Assembly (NCBI RefSeq): GCF_963853765.1
Contig: NC_088854.1
Span: forward strand, 20,522,001 to 20,586,000
Origin: Magallana gigas
Taxonomy: Eukaryota
DNA: 64,000 nucleotides
Direction of reading: 5' to 3'
In this document: piece by piece, positions 24,901-36,900 of the stretch
Layout of the letters: each line of letters starts with the position of its first letter
Position numbering within the stretch: the first letter of the stretch is position 1
Notes under the pieces: model-generated
Told to the model about the DNA's origin: nothing
Databases searched by the model: none
Seen by the model: the letters and a program-made list of their open reading frames with translations, nothing else
Program-made: the position numbers and the translations under genes

Positions 24901-27385
24901 TGCAACTACAGTTACTTTATAATGCCTAGCTGTTGCTACAGTGTCATATTGCATCATTTTCTTGAAAATTCTATTGACATATTCAGGGAAACATTAGGAA
25001 CATCAGCAAATACTAGTAATGTTAAATCATAAAATAATGTACATGTATGTATGCAATCATAAAATCCAAAAAATGACTGCTACTCAACATTTAGTTTCCT
25101 TGATATTTGAATAGCGTGCATAAGTCTTTTTAATGATTTGAAATGTTTTGACATTTACTCACTATCTCTTATACACCCTATTAAACAATATGACACTATA
25201 ATTTTCATTTTAGCCCCGAGGGTGATGTGAAACTGTATTGCATGATTCTAGGACCAATAATGAAATGAGATAAGAATTAACAATTGTGTATTATATTTTT
25301 AGTACTCCCTATTTCTATAAATAAAATTGATTGTAGAATCAGACCCTTACAAGCACCTGCAGCACAGCTTGGACATTTGGCATAAGGCCAAAAAGCTCAC
25401 AACATCTCTTTCTGATATTGCCAAGACACCAGGATGCAGAGGACTGTTGCAATGGATACGGCCTATTGTGAATCATTTTTGGTGGTGCTGCAGTACTTGT
25501 AAAGGCAGTGTCGAGCGTCTGTTGAAGAGGTGGATGGGAATCCTGTACCATATCAACAATAAACATGTGTGGGCAGGTGGACGGTAAATATAATTTAGAA
25601 TTTTTATCTACATAATTATATCATATACTGTACCGATCAGACCCAACCTAACCCCAGAGTAAACCTCAACTAAACCCCGGGTTTACTTTCGGAGTTTACT
25701 TTTGGTTTACATGGGGGTTTGCTTTTTAAATATTTGTGTCCGATCTGGGTTTACTTTTGGTCCACTCTGGGTTTACTCTGGTATTGCTTTTGGGGTCCAA
25801 TTTACCCGCTTATTTGTGAAGCAGATCTGTCTTATCTCTTACTTATCTTACTGTCTGTAAGCCCCACCCCTTGGCCCTTGTATATTCTAAATACACACAT
25901 AGCGTCTGCTTTCTGGGGTCTATTTCTTATCAGGGTTAACTCTCTGTGACCACTCGGGGTTTATTTTGGGTTTATTCAGGGTTAACTTTGGGTCTGCTCT
26001 TGTAAACTCAAGTGCACCCAGAGTAAACCCCAAAAGTAAACTCAGGGTTAAGTGTGGGTTTACTTTCTTTTAGGTTCGTTCTGATTGGTTTCTTCTTCTT
26101 TCATAAGCAACAAACTATTAATTCTTATTTCTGACACCATTTTATGTAGTAAAAGATTGGACACATTGATAAAAGATATGGGTACTTAGTTATAATTTAA
26201 TCACTCTAGTTGTCGACATTCTGAGGAACACGAGACCGAATGCAGCAATTGGCTCCAGAGAGACACGGTGGTTTTCAAGAATCTACGGTTAGTTAATTTC
26301 TTTTTTCAACATTCAAAATTAAAAAATTTATGTGCATATTGAATCAGTCCATTTTCATGTACCGATAAGTCTACAATACTTTGCTTCTTATTCTATGCTG
26401 TAAAGGTTTATGCATTTAATTCATTGTGTTTATATGATCTGACTGAAATGTATTAATCCTTTTTCTAGGATGTTGGTAACAAACAGAGATTGGTGTGGAA
26501 GCATGAAATTTTACACCAACTGTCGACAAACCTGGGCTGTGGAAAACTTTTTTAGCCATACACTCCTTCATTACTGTCCAAAACAGAAATCCTATGGTTA
26601 TGACGCCTATCATATTAGGAACATGCTGGCTGTCATGGACCACAACAACCACCTTGGAAGGATGCCATTGGTTGGACAGGATGGAGAAGTGTATGCTAAA
26701 GGCCAGGTATCCAGGAGGACCAAACAGTGGGTTGCATATGAGGAGAAAGCACCAAAAGATTTTAAATATATTCCAGGTTAGAAACGTAAAACATTTGTGA
26801 AGCCGAAAAAAAATGATTTAATTAGAATCTGTATTTGTTTAAATGTTAAATCACTTTAATGGAAATACTTATGTAGAGCTGTCAATCAAAATACCATTTA
26901 TTTATTTTAGACACACCATAATTAGTCAGATTTTCTCATAGCTTTTAAATTTTTGATTGCATGTCATTAGAAATTCTTTCACATTAGAACATTCATCTAT
27001 TGTAAATCATAGGGCATGGGTCATCTCCATGTGATTTTCATAACTACAATGTTTATGTGAATTACTTATACATTGTATCTTGAGGTACATCATATGCAGA
27101 GTCATGTACATTCATTTACTTTATATATCCAAGTACACTGTATACTGTACAAATTTACATTCAATTTTTGAAATACTTATCACCAGGTACCGGTATAATT
27201 TTTCAGAACTGATGGCTGCTTGCATGAGAGCAACATATGGTGTTTCTGAAACCAAGTTCAGAAAGAGTAGAAAATCCATGTCTTTGGATTCAATTGCCAA
27301 GAATCTTTCTGGGGAAACAAATCCGGGATCACGAATCCTTTTAGCCAAGATGCAGAGCAGAAAAAAGACAGGTGAGAATAAATGA
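21920..27385 (+). CDS. Spliced Kolobok-type DDE transposase (intactness not established)
   Basis: Exon-like segments: acidic N-terminus (21920-22000, 22620-22735), CEQCG (22977-23157), VAVDVRFDSPG (~24290-24410), FMDSNTKAII...MER...IISDASRNI (24603-24820), HSLDIWHKAKK...NHFWWC (25340-25585), VENFFSHTLLHYCPK...LAVMDHN (26470-26776), 27206-27385. Exon boundaries approximate. Confidence 0.8.
22202..22295 (+). mobile_element. Degenerate tRNA-derived SINE head in a Kolobok intron
   Basis: A-box-like AGCTCAATTGGTAGA (22210-22224) and B-box-like GGTTCTAGTCC (22253-22263). No complete cloverleaf. Confidence 0.55.
25633..26088. mobile_element. MITE-like insertion rich in GGGTTTAC/GTAAACCC motifs
   Basis: Imperfect TIR CCGATCAGACCCAACCTAA / TTAGGTTCGTTCTGATTGG, with many copies of the 8-mer in both orientations. 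In a transposase intron. No TSD resolved. Confidence 0.5.
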
Positions 27386-27398
27386 ATTCATTCAATAT

Positions 27399-28380
27399 TT
27401 ATTCAGAGTCATCAGAATTAGCAGAATGGTAACCCCTGTATTGTCCGCTTGCCTCAGGAAAACGTCTTCTCACGGCAACACAAACACAGGCAGGAACTGG
27501 TATTCGCCTTCCAGCTCCCAGTCGCTCATGTTGCCACAGGACAAAGTTTCTGTAGGCCTGGTTTCTGAATGTGGACAGTTGATAACTAGGATCTTGGTTG
27601 GTCCGAAAACTCCAATTCAAAATGTTGGCAACCTCCAATACATCATGCCTCAAGCACAAATTTCTGAATTCGGGTTTTGAGGTGATGCATGGAAATTGCC
27701 TACAACAGATGTTCATGCGGGGATCATCAAAACTTCGACATACCCCACATGAACACCATTGCACATTTGAATTAGAGTTTTCATTCCTTCCACTATCCTC
27801 CATCTGCCTCATTAGAAAAGGTCTTACAAAATCTGGTTCGGCAGCTGTCATGATTTTCACTCTTTGCCGCAGTTCGTCAACAGGCATACTGTCAACAGCA
27901 TTCTATAAAAAAAAAAATTAAAAACTGTGATGTAAAAAAAAATATCAAAAATTTGTTTTCTGTGTATCATTTTGTGAAAAAAAATCAGTGAAATACATTT
28001 CATACCATCAACGAAACACTAAGCTCTTGGTCATTGATATTTTCAGGGCCAGCCGCCAAAGAAAGCTGTTGATTGCGGCTTACTCCTTCATTCTGGATCA
28101 CATTACGACTGCTGTTTGACGCATATGGATGGTGTCGATGCTACAAAATACAACAAAATATTATTCCCTCTCTATCTAGGAGGACCTCATCGTGGTGGGA
28201 GGGTGAACATCAGCAATTGGTGGCCAACACTCCTAAAATTTACATATATACATGTACTTACTGTGCTCACAGGCCTAGTTTGGGTTGACTTGTACTGGCA
28301 GTTTGTGTTGTTACAATTACTGCACGGTCTCCGCTTGCATGCACAACTTTTGCACTTCCCTCTGTTATCACAAGGACAGC
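27399..28380 (-). CDS. Kolobok accessory protein (KolX-like): CXC-type Cys cluster and P2X7 C-terminal-like domain
   Basis: 27399-27900 encodes WCSCGVC...NICC...CLRHDVL...FRNQAYRNFVLW...GRRIPVPACV...FP. 28265-28380 encodes CCPCDNRGKCKSCACKRRPCSNC. Upstream exon structure is uncertain. Confidence 0.75.
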
Positions 28381-29559
28381 ATCTCTACAAAAAAGATTTG
28401 TATATTGAATGTTTCAGGATTTTTTTATTTTGAGTGATATTTATATATCTTTCATACTGGTGTGTAATAAAACAATACTTCTGTATATGCATATATTGGG
28501 CCTTTGCCAATTATTGTAATTGTGTTTGTCTCAATGAAATATATGTATTTATATTTGTGCTTCGAGTTTTGAATTGGTAGATATTATAATCTATAATTAG
28601 AAATTTGGGATCAATCATTCATCAAATATTGCACATAAACATAACTACATGTAAAGTTTTTATGATTATTTGAAGAGATATTAGGCCTGTTATTGTCAAA
28701 AACTATAAAGATTTCAGCATCAGTAAACTCATTGTATAAAAAAGTAATTTGTCATCATACTTCTTTTCCTCTCTTTGCCTCCCCCAGTCATTATTGTAGA
28801 GACAATACACCATTTTATTGCAGTCAAAAATATGACCGTTTAGGCCCATTATTTCAGCTAGGTAAATTCTTGTTTTTGTAAGAATATTTTGAAATTAATT
28901 TCAATTCACATGCACCACAGCATATTTTAATTTTTTTATGTGGGGGGGGGGGGGGATGTGATAAAGAGGTGGGATTTCAGTCATATGGAAATTGTTTACG
29001 TTATGTATTTTAGTAAAATTTTCCCCAAAGAGTTCAAAGTCTCTAAAACGATTCCTTATGGGGGAGATATGATCCGCCCGTTTGTTTTGTTCATTTCCCA
29101 CTTTCATTTTGAAGAAATAATTACTGCTCCCTGATCTGAATTCTACAAACGCTTGAAATCTGCAAACGTCTCATGGACTAAGATGTTTTGATTTCATGGC
29201 TGCACGAGTCAGAACGTGGCACCTGCGTATTATTATAACTGTAGGAACATGGATTTTATCAAAAGTGTTGCGTGCATTGAAGTGATTTGCTTACTTGTGC
29301 ACTAGCTGATGATGCCATGTCTTTGCCTGGTCACCCAATTCTTCGAAAATATTATTCCGGTACTCGGGTGTGTATCGTACTGGATCGATATACTCGAGTG
29401 TTCGATACGTATTCGCGTGACCACGCAGCTCTATTTTGGAAAGCAAATGCATTGAGGCATGACCATACACATAGCGTATATACCGATTCTAGACTCTGCG
29501 TTAGTTCATTTACTTTGGTATCTAAACTGGCTATTTAAATCGCGGCGCTTCAGCTTTAA

Positions 29560-30106
29560 AATGTGGCTTGTGTTCTTATACCACTTCAATGGGGTAGCAT
29601 ATTTTCCTGATACTGTATGGGAAGATTCTAGCATTTTGCAATTATTTACAGATAGTGCAGGCTCAGGTCATTTAGGTTGTGGGGGTTACTTTAGGGGGAG
29701 TTGGTTTTTTCTACAGTGGCCAGCTCATTGGAACAACCAAGACATTTTGAGGGACATGACTTTTTTAGAGCTCATACCTGTAGTATTAGCAATAGAGTTA
29801 TGGGGAATTAGGTTGCAACACAAAAAGGTTCAGTTCCATGTGGATAACCTTTCACTAGTAAGTGTCATCAATACCCAATCTTCCAAATCAAAAAGAGTTA
29901 TGGAATTTGTAAGACATTTGGTTTTTAGACTTATGATGAACAATGTTATATTTAGGGCAAAACACATATTTAGCTTGGATAACAAAGTTGCAGATTCTTT
30001 GTCTCGCAAACAGTGGTACCGCTTCAAGAGGTTGGCACCAGAGGCACACACCAGACCAGACCCAATTCCATTAGAATTAGTCAACATGATTTACAGATTC
30101 AAATGA
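29560..30106 (+). CDS. Ngaro RT tail / RNase H, 3' part
   Basis: LFTDSAG, FLELIPV, HVDNLS and NKVADSLSR carry the RNase H acidic residues. Confidence 0.93.
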
Positions 30107-31014
30107 ACAAATTGTTAGATGCTTCAATCTCCAGCAACACCAAGACATCTTATGAAACAGGGCTAAGATCATTTTTTAATTTCCGGAGAGAATTTGGGTA
30201 CGAGATTTTATGGCCCCCACCACTCAGGGACGTTGTTCAATTTGTTTCTTATTTGTCACTTAAGAAATGTTCTTATGCTACGGCTAGGTCTTACTTATCA
30301 TCCATTAGTTTTCAATGCAAAGTTCAAAATTTGGTTGATGAAACAAAAAACTTCCTTGTTCTGAAGGTTCTTGAAGGTATGAGAAGAATTGGTAGGTCTG
30401 CTGATGCAAGGTTACCTATAACCTTGGAATTACTCAAACAACTTGTGGAGACTTTACCAGGTATTTGTCATGATACCTATGAAACAAAGTTGTTTCGAGC
30501 TGCATATTTATTAGCTTTCTTTGGTTTTCTCAGAATAGGGGAATTTGCATTGTCTACTGGTAATGGTGTTCATTCAATATTGCAAGTGACAGATGTACAG
30601 TTTCAAGCTAATTACTCCAAGCTCTTGGTACTCATAAAAAGCTCAAAAACTGATCAGGATAGGAAGGGTGTTTCTCTGGTCATTGATAGAATTGAGGGAA
30701 TTTTGTGTCCAGTAGCAGGTTTGATTGATTATCTTGCTGTTCGACCAAAAATTAAAGGCCCATTGTTCATTCATTTGGGAAAGAACCCTCTTACTAGGTA
30801 TCAGTTCTCAGCTATTTTAGAAAAAGCACTTCATGTTCTTGGAGTTGAGGGACATTATAGGGCCCATTCGTTTCGTATAGGGGCAGCCACTTTAGCATTT
30901 GAGGCTGGGTGCACACAGGATCTTATAATGGAAGCAGGCCGTTGGAAGTCTAGGGCATATAGGACATACATAAGATGTCCTATTGGGCAGATGTTAGGAA
31001 CAAATAAGATGTAA
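30013..31014 (+). CDS. Ngaro tyrosine recombinase
   Basis: FLRIGE, KSSKTDQ, HSFRIGAAT and GRWKSRAYRTY give the R-K-H-R-W-Y catalytic set. Likely ATG at ~30103. Confidence 0.95.
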   Translation: MVPLQEVGTRGTHQTRPNSIRISQHDLQIQMNKLLDASISSNTKTSYETGLRSFFNFRREFGYEILWPPPLRDVVQFVSYLSLKKCSYATARSYLSSISFQCKVQNLVDETKNFLVLKVLEGMRRIGRSADARLPITLELLKQLVETLPGICHDTYETKLFRAAYLLAFFGFLRIGEFALSTGNGVHSILQVTDVQFQANYSKLLVLIKSSKTDQDRKGVSLVIDRIEGILCPVAGLIDYLAVRPKIKGPLFIHLGKNPLTRYQFSAILEKALHVLGVEGHYRAHSFRIGAATLAFEAGCTQDLIMEAGRWKSRAYRTYIRCPIGQMLGTNKM

Positions 31015-31078
31015 TTTTTAAAAGTACTCAGGTTCAATACTTATTCTTGCTGGAATTGTAGAGGTCCCTGAAGTTACA

Positions 31079-31678
31079 GTGTGGTGTGTGGGCTCATCTA
31101 TTATCAAGAATGCTATGATGGCATCAGTATGCAGACCGGGGGGATCAAATCTAGGACTGGATAGATTGAATATGAATATTTGGTGGCAAGGATATTCAGG
31201 TTTGAAGTTTTTGGAGCTGAAAAGAAAGCTCTTTTTTCTAACACAATATGAAGAATCACCAGACTACTTAATTATTCACTGTGGGGTGAATGATATTGGG
31301 GCTATTGATCCGTTTTCATTAATTCAAAAAATTAAAACCCACTTACAATTTATTAAAGTTCAATTTCCACAGTCCACACTTGTTTGGTCACAGATGCTTC
31401 CACGAAATAAATGGAGGTATTCTAATGATAACAAAGCAATGGAGAGATGCCGTCTCAAGGCCAATAGTATTGGCCTTGAGACGAATAGGGTAGCTGCCTC
31501 ATCAGTTTTAAAATTGGGGGGTTGTTACATTAAGCACCCTGATCTGTTGAGAAACATGTCCCAATTTCTGATGCCTGATGGCGTCCATCTCAACGAGTTA
31601 GGAAATAAGCTCTTCCTCAATAATTTCCAAGGGGGATTAGAATTCTTCCAGTCGCAACTGGGGCAGGTATATCCTTAA
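31079..31678 (+). CDS. Ngaro-associated SGNH/GDSL hydrolase-like ORF
   Basis: VGSSII (block I), IHCGVNDIG (block III), PDGVHLN (block V). Confidence 0.85.
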   Translation: MWCVGSSIIKNAMMASVCRPGGSNLGLDRLNMNIWWQGYSGLKFLELKRKLFFLTQYEESPDYLIIHCGVNDIGAIDPFSLIQKIKTHLQFIKVQFPQSTLVWSQMLPRNKWRYSNDNKAMERCRLKANSIGLETNRVAASSVLKLGGCYIKHPDLLRNMSQFLMPDGVHLNELGNKLFLNNFQGGLEFFQSQLGQVYP

Positions 31679-33918
31679 AACTTGTTCCAGAGAACATTGG
31701 TTCGTGGGGGCTTTTTTCAGTTGCTTGGGTGCTCCCCCATGTGTGGGATGACTGCGAACTCTCCTTTAATTGTTCGCTGTCATGTGGCGCTTGCGCACAC
31801 CAAAGCAACTGAGGCCTATATAAGCTTTGTATTATTGTGAAGTTGTCACCATTGAACTGTGAAGGGGGGTAAAATGCTAAACCATTTTGTTTGTAAAATA
31901 TTTGCTTGATGTGGATTCACATTGTTTTGTGCATATAACTTACATTTAAATAAGTAACCACCCGCGGTTTACCCGGGGTGGCCATTTAACATATGTTGTG
32001 TGTTGTATAAATTTTGATGCATTTGTTGATTTTGTATGGGTTTGCCCAAAAGTTGTGTGTTTATTGGCATCCCACAAAGTAATATGCCACGGCCAATGTT
32101 CGCCAAATAAAACTATAAAATCACATATCTTGTTCTTATTTCCTTGTATAAATAATACCATCTATTTTATGCATATAAAATCGATGACTTTATTTTACGG
32201 GAAAGGGTTATCTTAATTTTGGTCGGGATCGGCCTGCGGCCTTCTTTTATTATTTAAGTCTGGAAGCTCGGGATCAACATCCTTTTCCAAAAGTTGCTGA
32301 ATAGGAGTAGGTTGAAAAATTGTATGGGAGTATTTTTTTAAAATTATATGCTGTAAAGTTCTTGCATCCGCCTTAAATATCCCGCCCACCCTTTCCCAAT
32401 TTGTTTAGGAAATAAAGTTTTCAATGCAGATATATGCTTGTTTTTTGTTTTTTTTGCTGCTGGCTTTTCCTTTGTTTTTGCAGATTATAACATTGAAAGA
32501 CGTATCTATTGGTTCTTTTCAAGAAATGTCGTGGCATAAGCACTGATGTGGCGCTTGCGCACACCAAAGCAACTGAGGCCTATGTAAGCTTTGTATTATT
32601 GTGAAGTTGTCACCATTGAACTGTGAAGGGGGGTAAAATGCTAAACCATTTTGTTTGTAAAATATTTGCTTGATGTGGATTCACATTGTTTTGTGCATAT
32701 AACTTAAATTTAAATAAGTAACCACCCGCGGTTTACCCGGGGTGGCCATTTAACATATGTTGTGTGTTGTATAAATTTTGATGCATTTGTTGATTTTGTG
32801 TGGGTTTGCCCAAAAGTTGTGTGTTTATTGGCATCCCACAAAGTAATATACCACGGCCAATGTTCGCCAAATAAAACTATAAAATCACATATCTTGTTCT
32901 TATTTCCTTGTATAAATAAATCATTTTATACGTACATCGGCAATGTATATCCCAGAATACAAAATGGATATTGTGAACCACAATTGTATAGATTTATAAC
33001 GAACATCGATCTAAAACATACATTGTAATAATTATATTTATAATGGACCTGTATCGTAAATTAAAAATTGAAATTTAAAAATTCAGAAAAAATGTTCATA
33101 CATTTACTGTAAGGATACAAATTATAACGACCCAATTACAACGAAGGAGTAGAACTGTATAATGCTGTTTTTGGCCTCCTTGTCTTTGCCACTAGCGGTC
33201 GTTGCTTGACTACGTATATACCAACTGAAATTTAGGTTTAGTAGCTCTATTGTTATTTTATTTACGCTTCACTGTATTTTTAAAGCAATCCCTTAAGTAC
33301 AATGTGGTTATTCCCTTAACGAATACTGGTAGTACATACTAGTTATAGATTGAATAGTCTATGATGTGTCTTTCAAGTTGGTTAGAAGAGAACATTTGTT
33401 GGCGACTATCTGCATAAGATATGTTGATATGTATTTTTATGTCCTAAGCCATTAGTGTATTCATGTGCTTTGCATTTTTATTTAGAATTATTTTGGTTGG
33501 ATAAATTCAATATAAAATGTTAGGCAAACGACTTGATAAAAGAATCGATTTGTCTAACAGTTGAACATATTACACATGTATGATATCATTTTGTTTTCAG
33601 GATGTCAGTCAAGTAATTTTGACTTCAGGAATAGCCAATTAGGAATAGGAATGATAGAGAGTGATATGATAGCATAACAATCATCTTTTTAAACTACTGT
33701 AAAGTTTATTACAAAAATATCCTACACAATAAAGTGCATCTTTAATCACTTTCAAAATGACACAGAAGTAATAAATTAAGAAACAATAATTAATGTTTTG
33801 ATTTATTTTACCGGTCTTGAGAGGTTGGCTGTGCAATATATGAGTTCTGTTTAGTTTAGCTAATTTGAATTTCATGTCTTTTCCTATATCAGACACGCAG
33901 TGCTCTGGTCTCATCATG

Positions 33919-36900
33919 TAGCTAGTCCAGCTAACGCCATTTTATTGTAAGAACGGTAACTCTTACTTGTGACCTGACGGCCATATTTGATGGTCAGAGA
34001 CGACCACGATAGGCGATATCAAAAATTATATCTGTAAGTATAAATTAGAACAATGACAACTGGATTTAATGAGTTGAATAGATAAAGACTAATGTTTACT
34101 TTGTTTGTATACTTTTAAAGTGAAATAAATTTGGATAACACAATGTGTGACAGTAAAATACAATTATTGTTTTCGTTACCAGTGATGTATTTTTTAAAGT
34201 TTAAAGTTATTTGCTCATAGATTGGAATTAGTTGGATATCATATGAACTTCTACTAATATTTACCTACGTATCCGTGCGAAAGATTTTTTTTTAAATGCT
34301 GCGCTTTTCTGCGATAACAGTTTAAACGTTTCTCTATATCAATAATTGCATTTTATTACCTCCCCCTTGTTATAGTCTGTTTTTAATATTTGTATGTCTT
34401 TTATAGGCTTGTCAAGGACTGTTTCCATTGAAAGAATAGAATTTTCCATATAATGTAAGTCAATTTATTTAATATCTTGTAATATTTGTATGATACATGT
34501 AGTATGAAGCATTTTCATAAATGTACACGTACAACTGAACATTCATATGCATATGTTTTGAAGCTAAACTTCTATATGTTTCATGAAAGTACACTATTCA
34601 TTGCAGAAATATTAAACAATTTTTGATTGATTAACAAAATTCCTACTACATGTAATTTTACAGATATAGATATATGTGTTTTATGTTGTGTGTCTACGTA
34701 TTTGTTCATTGTCTATGTCTATGTGTATTTGTGTACGTCACATCACAAATTAATTATGCTTTTATTAACTTCAAACAGCGTATATGTGGTAAAATTCTTT
34801 TTCTATAACATCACACGTTATCACAATGTCTTTGACCAATGAAAATGTTGTTCAAATATATAAAAAACATAATGGTTCCATGAATGGTGTCCATAAAGAA
34901 ATCTGCCAAACTCTGCACATCGATTCGTGTCAAATAAATAAAAGCAGCTTACATTGGAAAATTAAAAAAATTATCAAAGAATTTGAAAGACTCAATAAAT
35001 CTATAAGTAAAAATCAATATATGAGCAATATAAGAGGAAAGAATTCAAATGTCCATCAAAAACCAATAAAGAACCAGCAAGCACATGTGTACCGTCAGAA
35101 ACAGACACTGAAAAAATAACAACAAGAACTGAACAAGACATTATCATATCCCAACTAAAGAAGGAAAATATTAAACTTAGAGAAAAAATCCGAGGCTATA
35201 GAATTAAAGAAATTAACCAGAAAATGAAACGAACCAAAGAAAAGGTGAGGAAACTGAAAGAAAAAGTGAATGTATATCAGAGGAAGGAACAACAAGAAAA
35301 AGATAATAAAGTTGACAAAGAGTTCAGTGCAACACTCTAAATACTTATATTGAAGAACTCAAATGTGAAATCGACAATCTGATCGCTGAGAAAGATGACA
35401 TTGTAGCAGATGAAGATGATTATGTACATGTAAAGAAGGTTTTAGATTTTAAAGAAAATGGTAAAGGTTGTCCATATAATTATAAATTAAGAAATCTATA
35501 TTATTTTTTTAGAAGTAGAAATATTGGTGTTCACCATATTGGTCCTGTTTTAGAAGCTGTTTTAGATATTTTTAATGTAAGTGTAAACAAATTACCAAGT
35601 AAGAGCACTGCTTCTGTTTTAACGAGTGAAATGGGTGTTTTAAGTAGATGTCATTTGAATGAGGAACTTTTAAACAGTAGTAACATTACAATGCATAGAG
35701 ATGCAACTACAAAAAAAAGGACATCATTTTTATGCAGTTCAAATTAGTACTGGGGAGAAAGTTTTGACAGCAGGTGTGAGAGAAGTGAGTGATGGGAAGG
35801 GAGAGACGTATGTGAGTGCTACCAATGAGATTTTTAATGATATTGTCAATGATGAGAGGGAGAAAGATCAAATTTTTAATTATGTTTCATGTTTTATGAC
35901 AGATAGGAGTTCTACAGAACAGAAGGTTAACAATATTTTATGTCAAGATATATCTCATGATGTTCAATCTTTTAAATGTTCAGTACATCCCCTTCTTCAA
36001 TTTTCTGAGGTTTGTTTGGAAGAAATTTTTCATATTGAAAAAGAGCTAAATATTCATTTTGATGGACACACCAGCTCTACTAAAGAGCCATTTACCATGT
36101 TTATTTTAAGGTGTGTATCTAAATTTTTTTTTAAAGATGGCACTGGCGATCCAAACATTTCTCATTTATATTTTAAAAGCCAGGGCATTGATAGAATTCC
36201 TTTAATGAATATAAGAGGAAATCGTTTTAATGTTTGTTTTTATAATGCTGTTGGTACTTTTTTTATACACAAACTTTTACTTCAATACATTTTATCATCA
36301 AAGAGTTCTTTTAATTTTGTCCAGAATGTTATTGTTTTATCATTACAAAACAAATGTATTTTAACAATTTTAAGAGCACTTGGTATTTTATGTAAATTAT
36401 TAACAGGACCATATTGGTTAAAAACAATGGAGGTGAACAATATTTTATCAATGGGGTCAGTTTTTAAAAGATGTTTACATGTTTTAGATTTATGTGCAAA
36501 AGAACCTATATTGGCTTTAAGACAGAACATTAGACTATTTGAAGGACCAGAATTAGAAGATACTGTTTCTGAATTTTTATTTACATATCCTATTAATGAT
36601 GACTTAACATGTGTTTTTATCAAACGTTTCTGTGTTGTTTTAAAAACCAAAGTAGAAAAACTATTTGCTGATTTTTTAAAAGATGGTAAATATTTTAATG
36701 TACAAAAGAATTTAGATTTTAAGTGTTCATCCTGTCCCACGAGCAATATTTGTGTAGAACAGTTGATGGGACAGGTTGATTATCATGTACAATCATCCTC
36801 CATGTCATCAAATAATACCGTGGAAAGTAAACTATTATATGTTAACAACAAAACTTCAGAATGGTTCAATAACAAAAGTGAGGAAGAGAAAAAAAATCAC

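Larger units (their letters stand above)
20721..29555 (+). mobile_element. Kolobok DNA transposon (8835 bp)
   Basis: Perfect 31-bp TIR AGCTGAAGCGCCGCGATTTAAATAGCCAGTT, TTAA TSD at 20717-20720 and 29556-29559, and an AG terminus. Carries a DDE transposase and a convergent Cys-rich accessory gene. Confidence 0.92.
18255..32917 (+). mobile_element. Ngaro-type tyrosine-recombinase (DIRS-order) retrotransposon
   Basis: Split direct repeats A1 (18255-18481) ... B1 (31782-32153) A2 (32154-32380) B2 (32546-32917). Gag, RT/RNaseH, YR and SGNH ORFs. The empty site is visible in the paralogous intron at ~53630. Confidence 0.95.
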
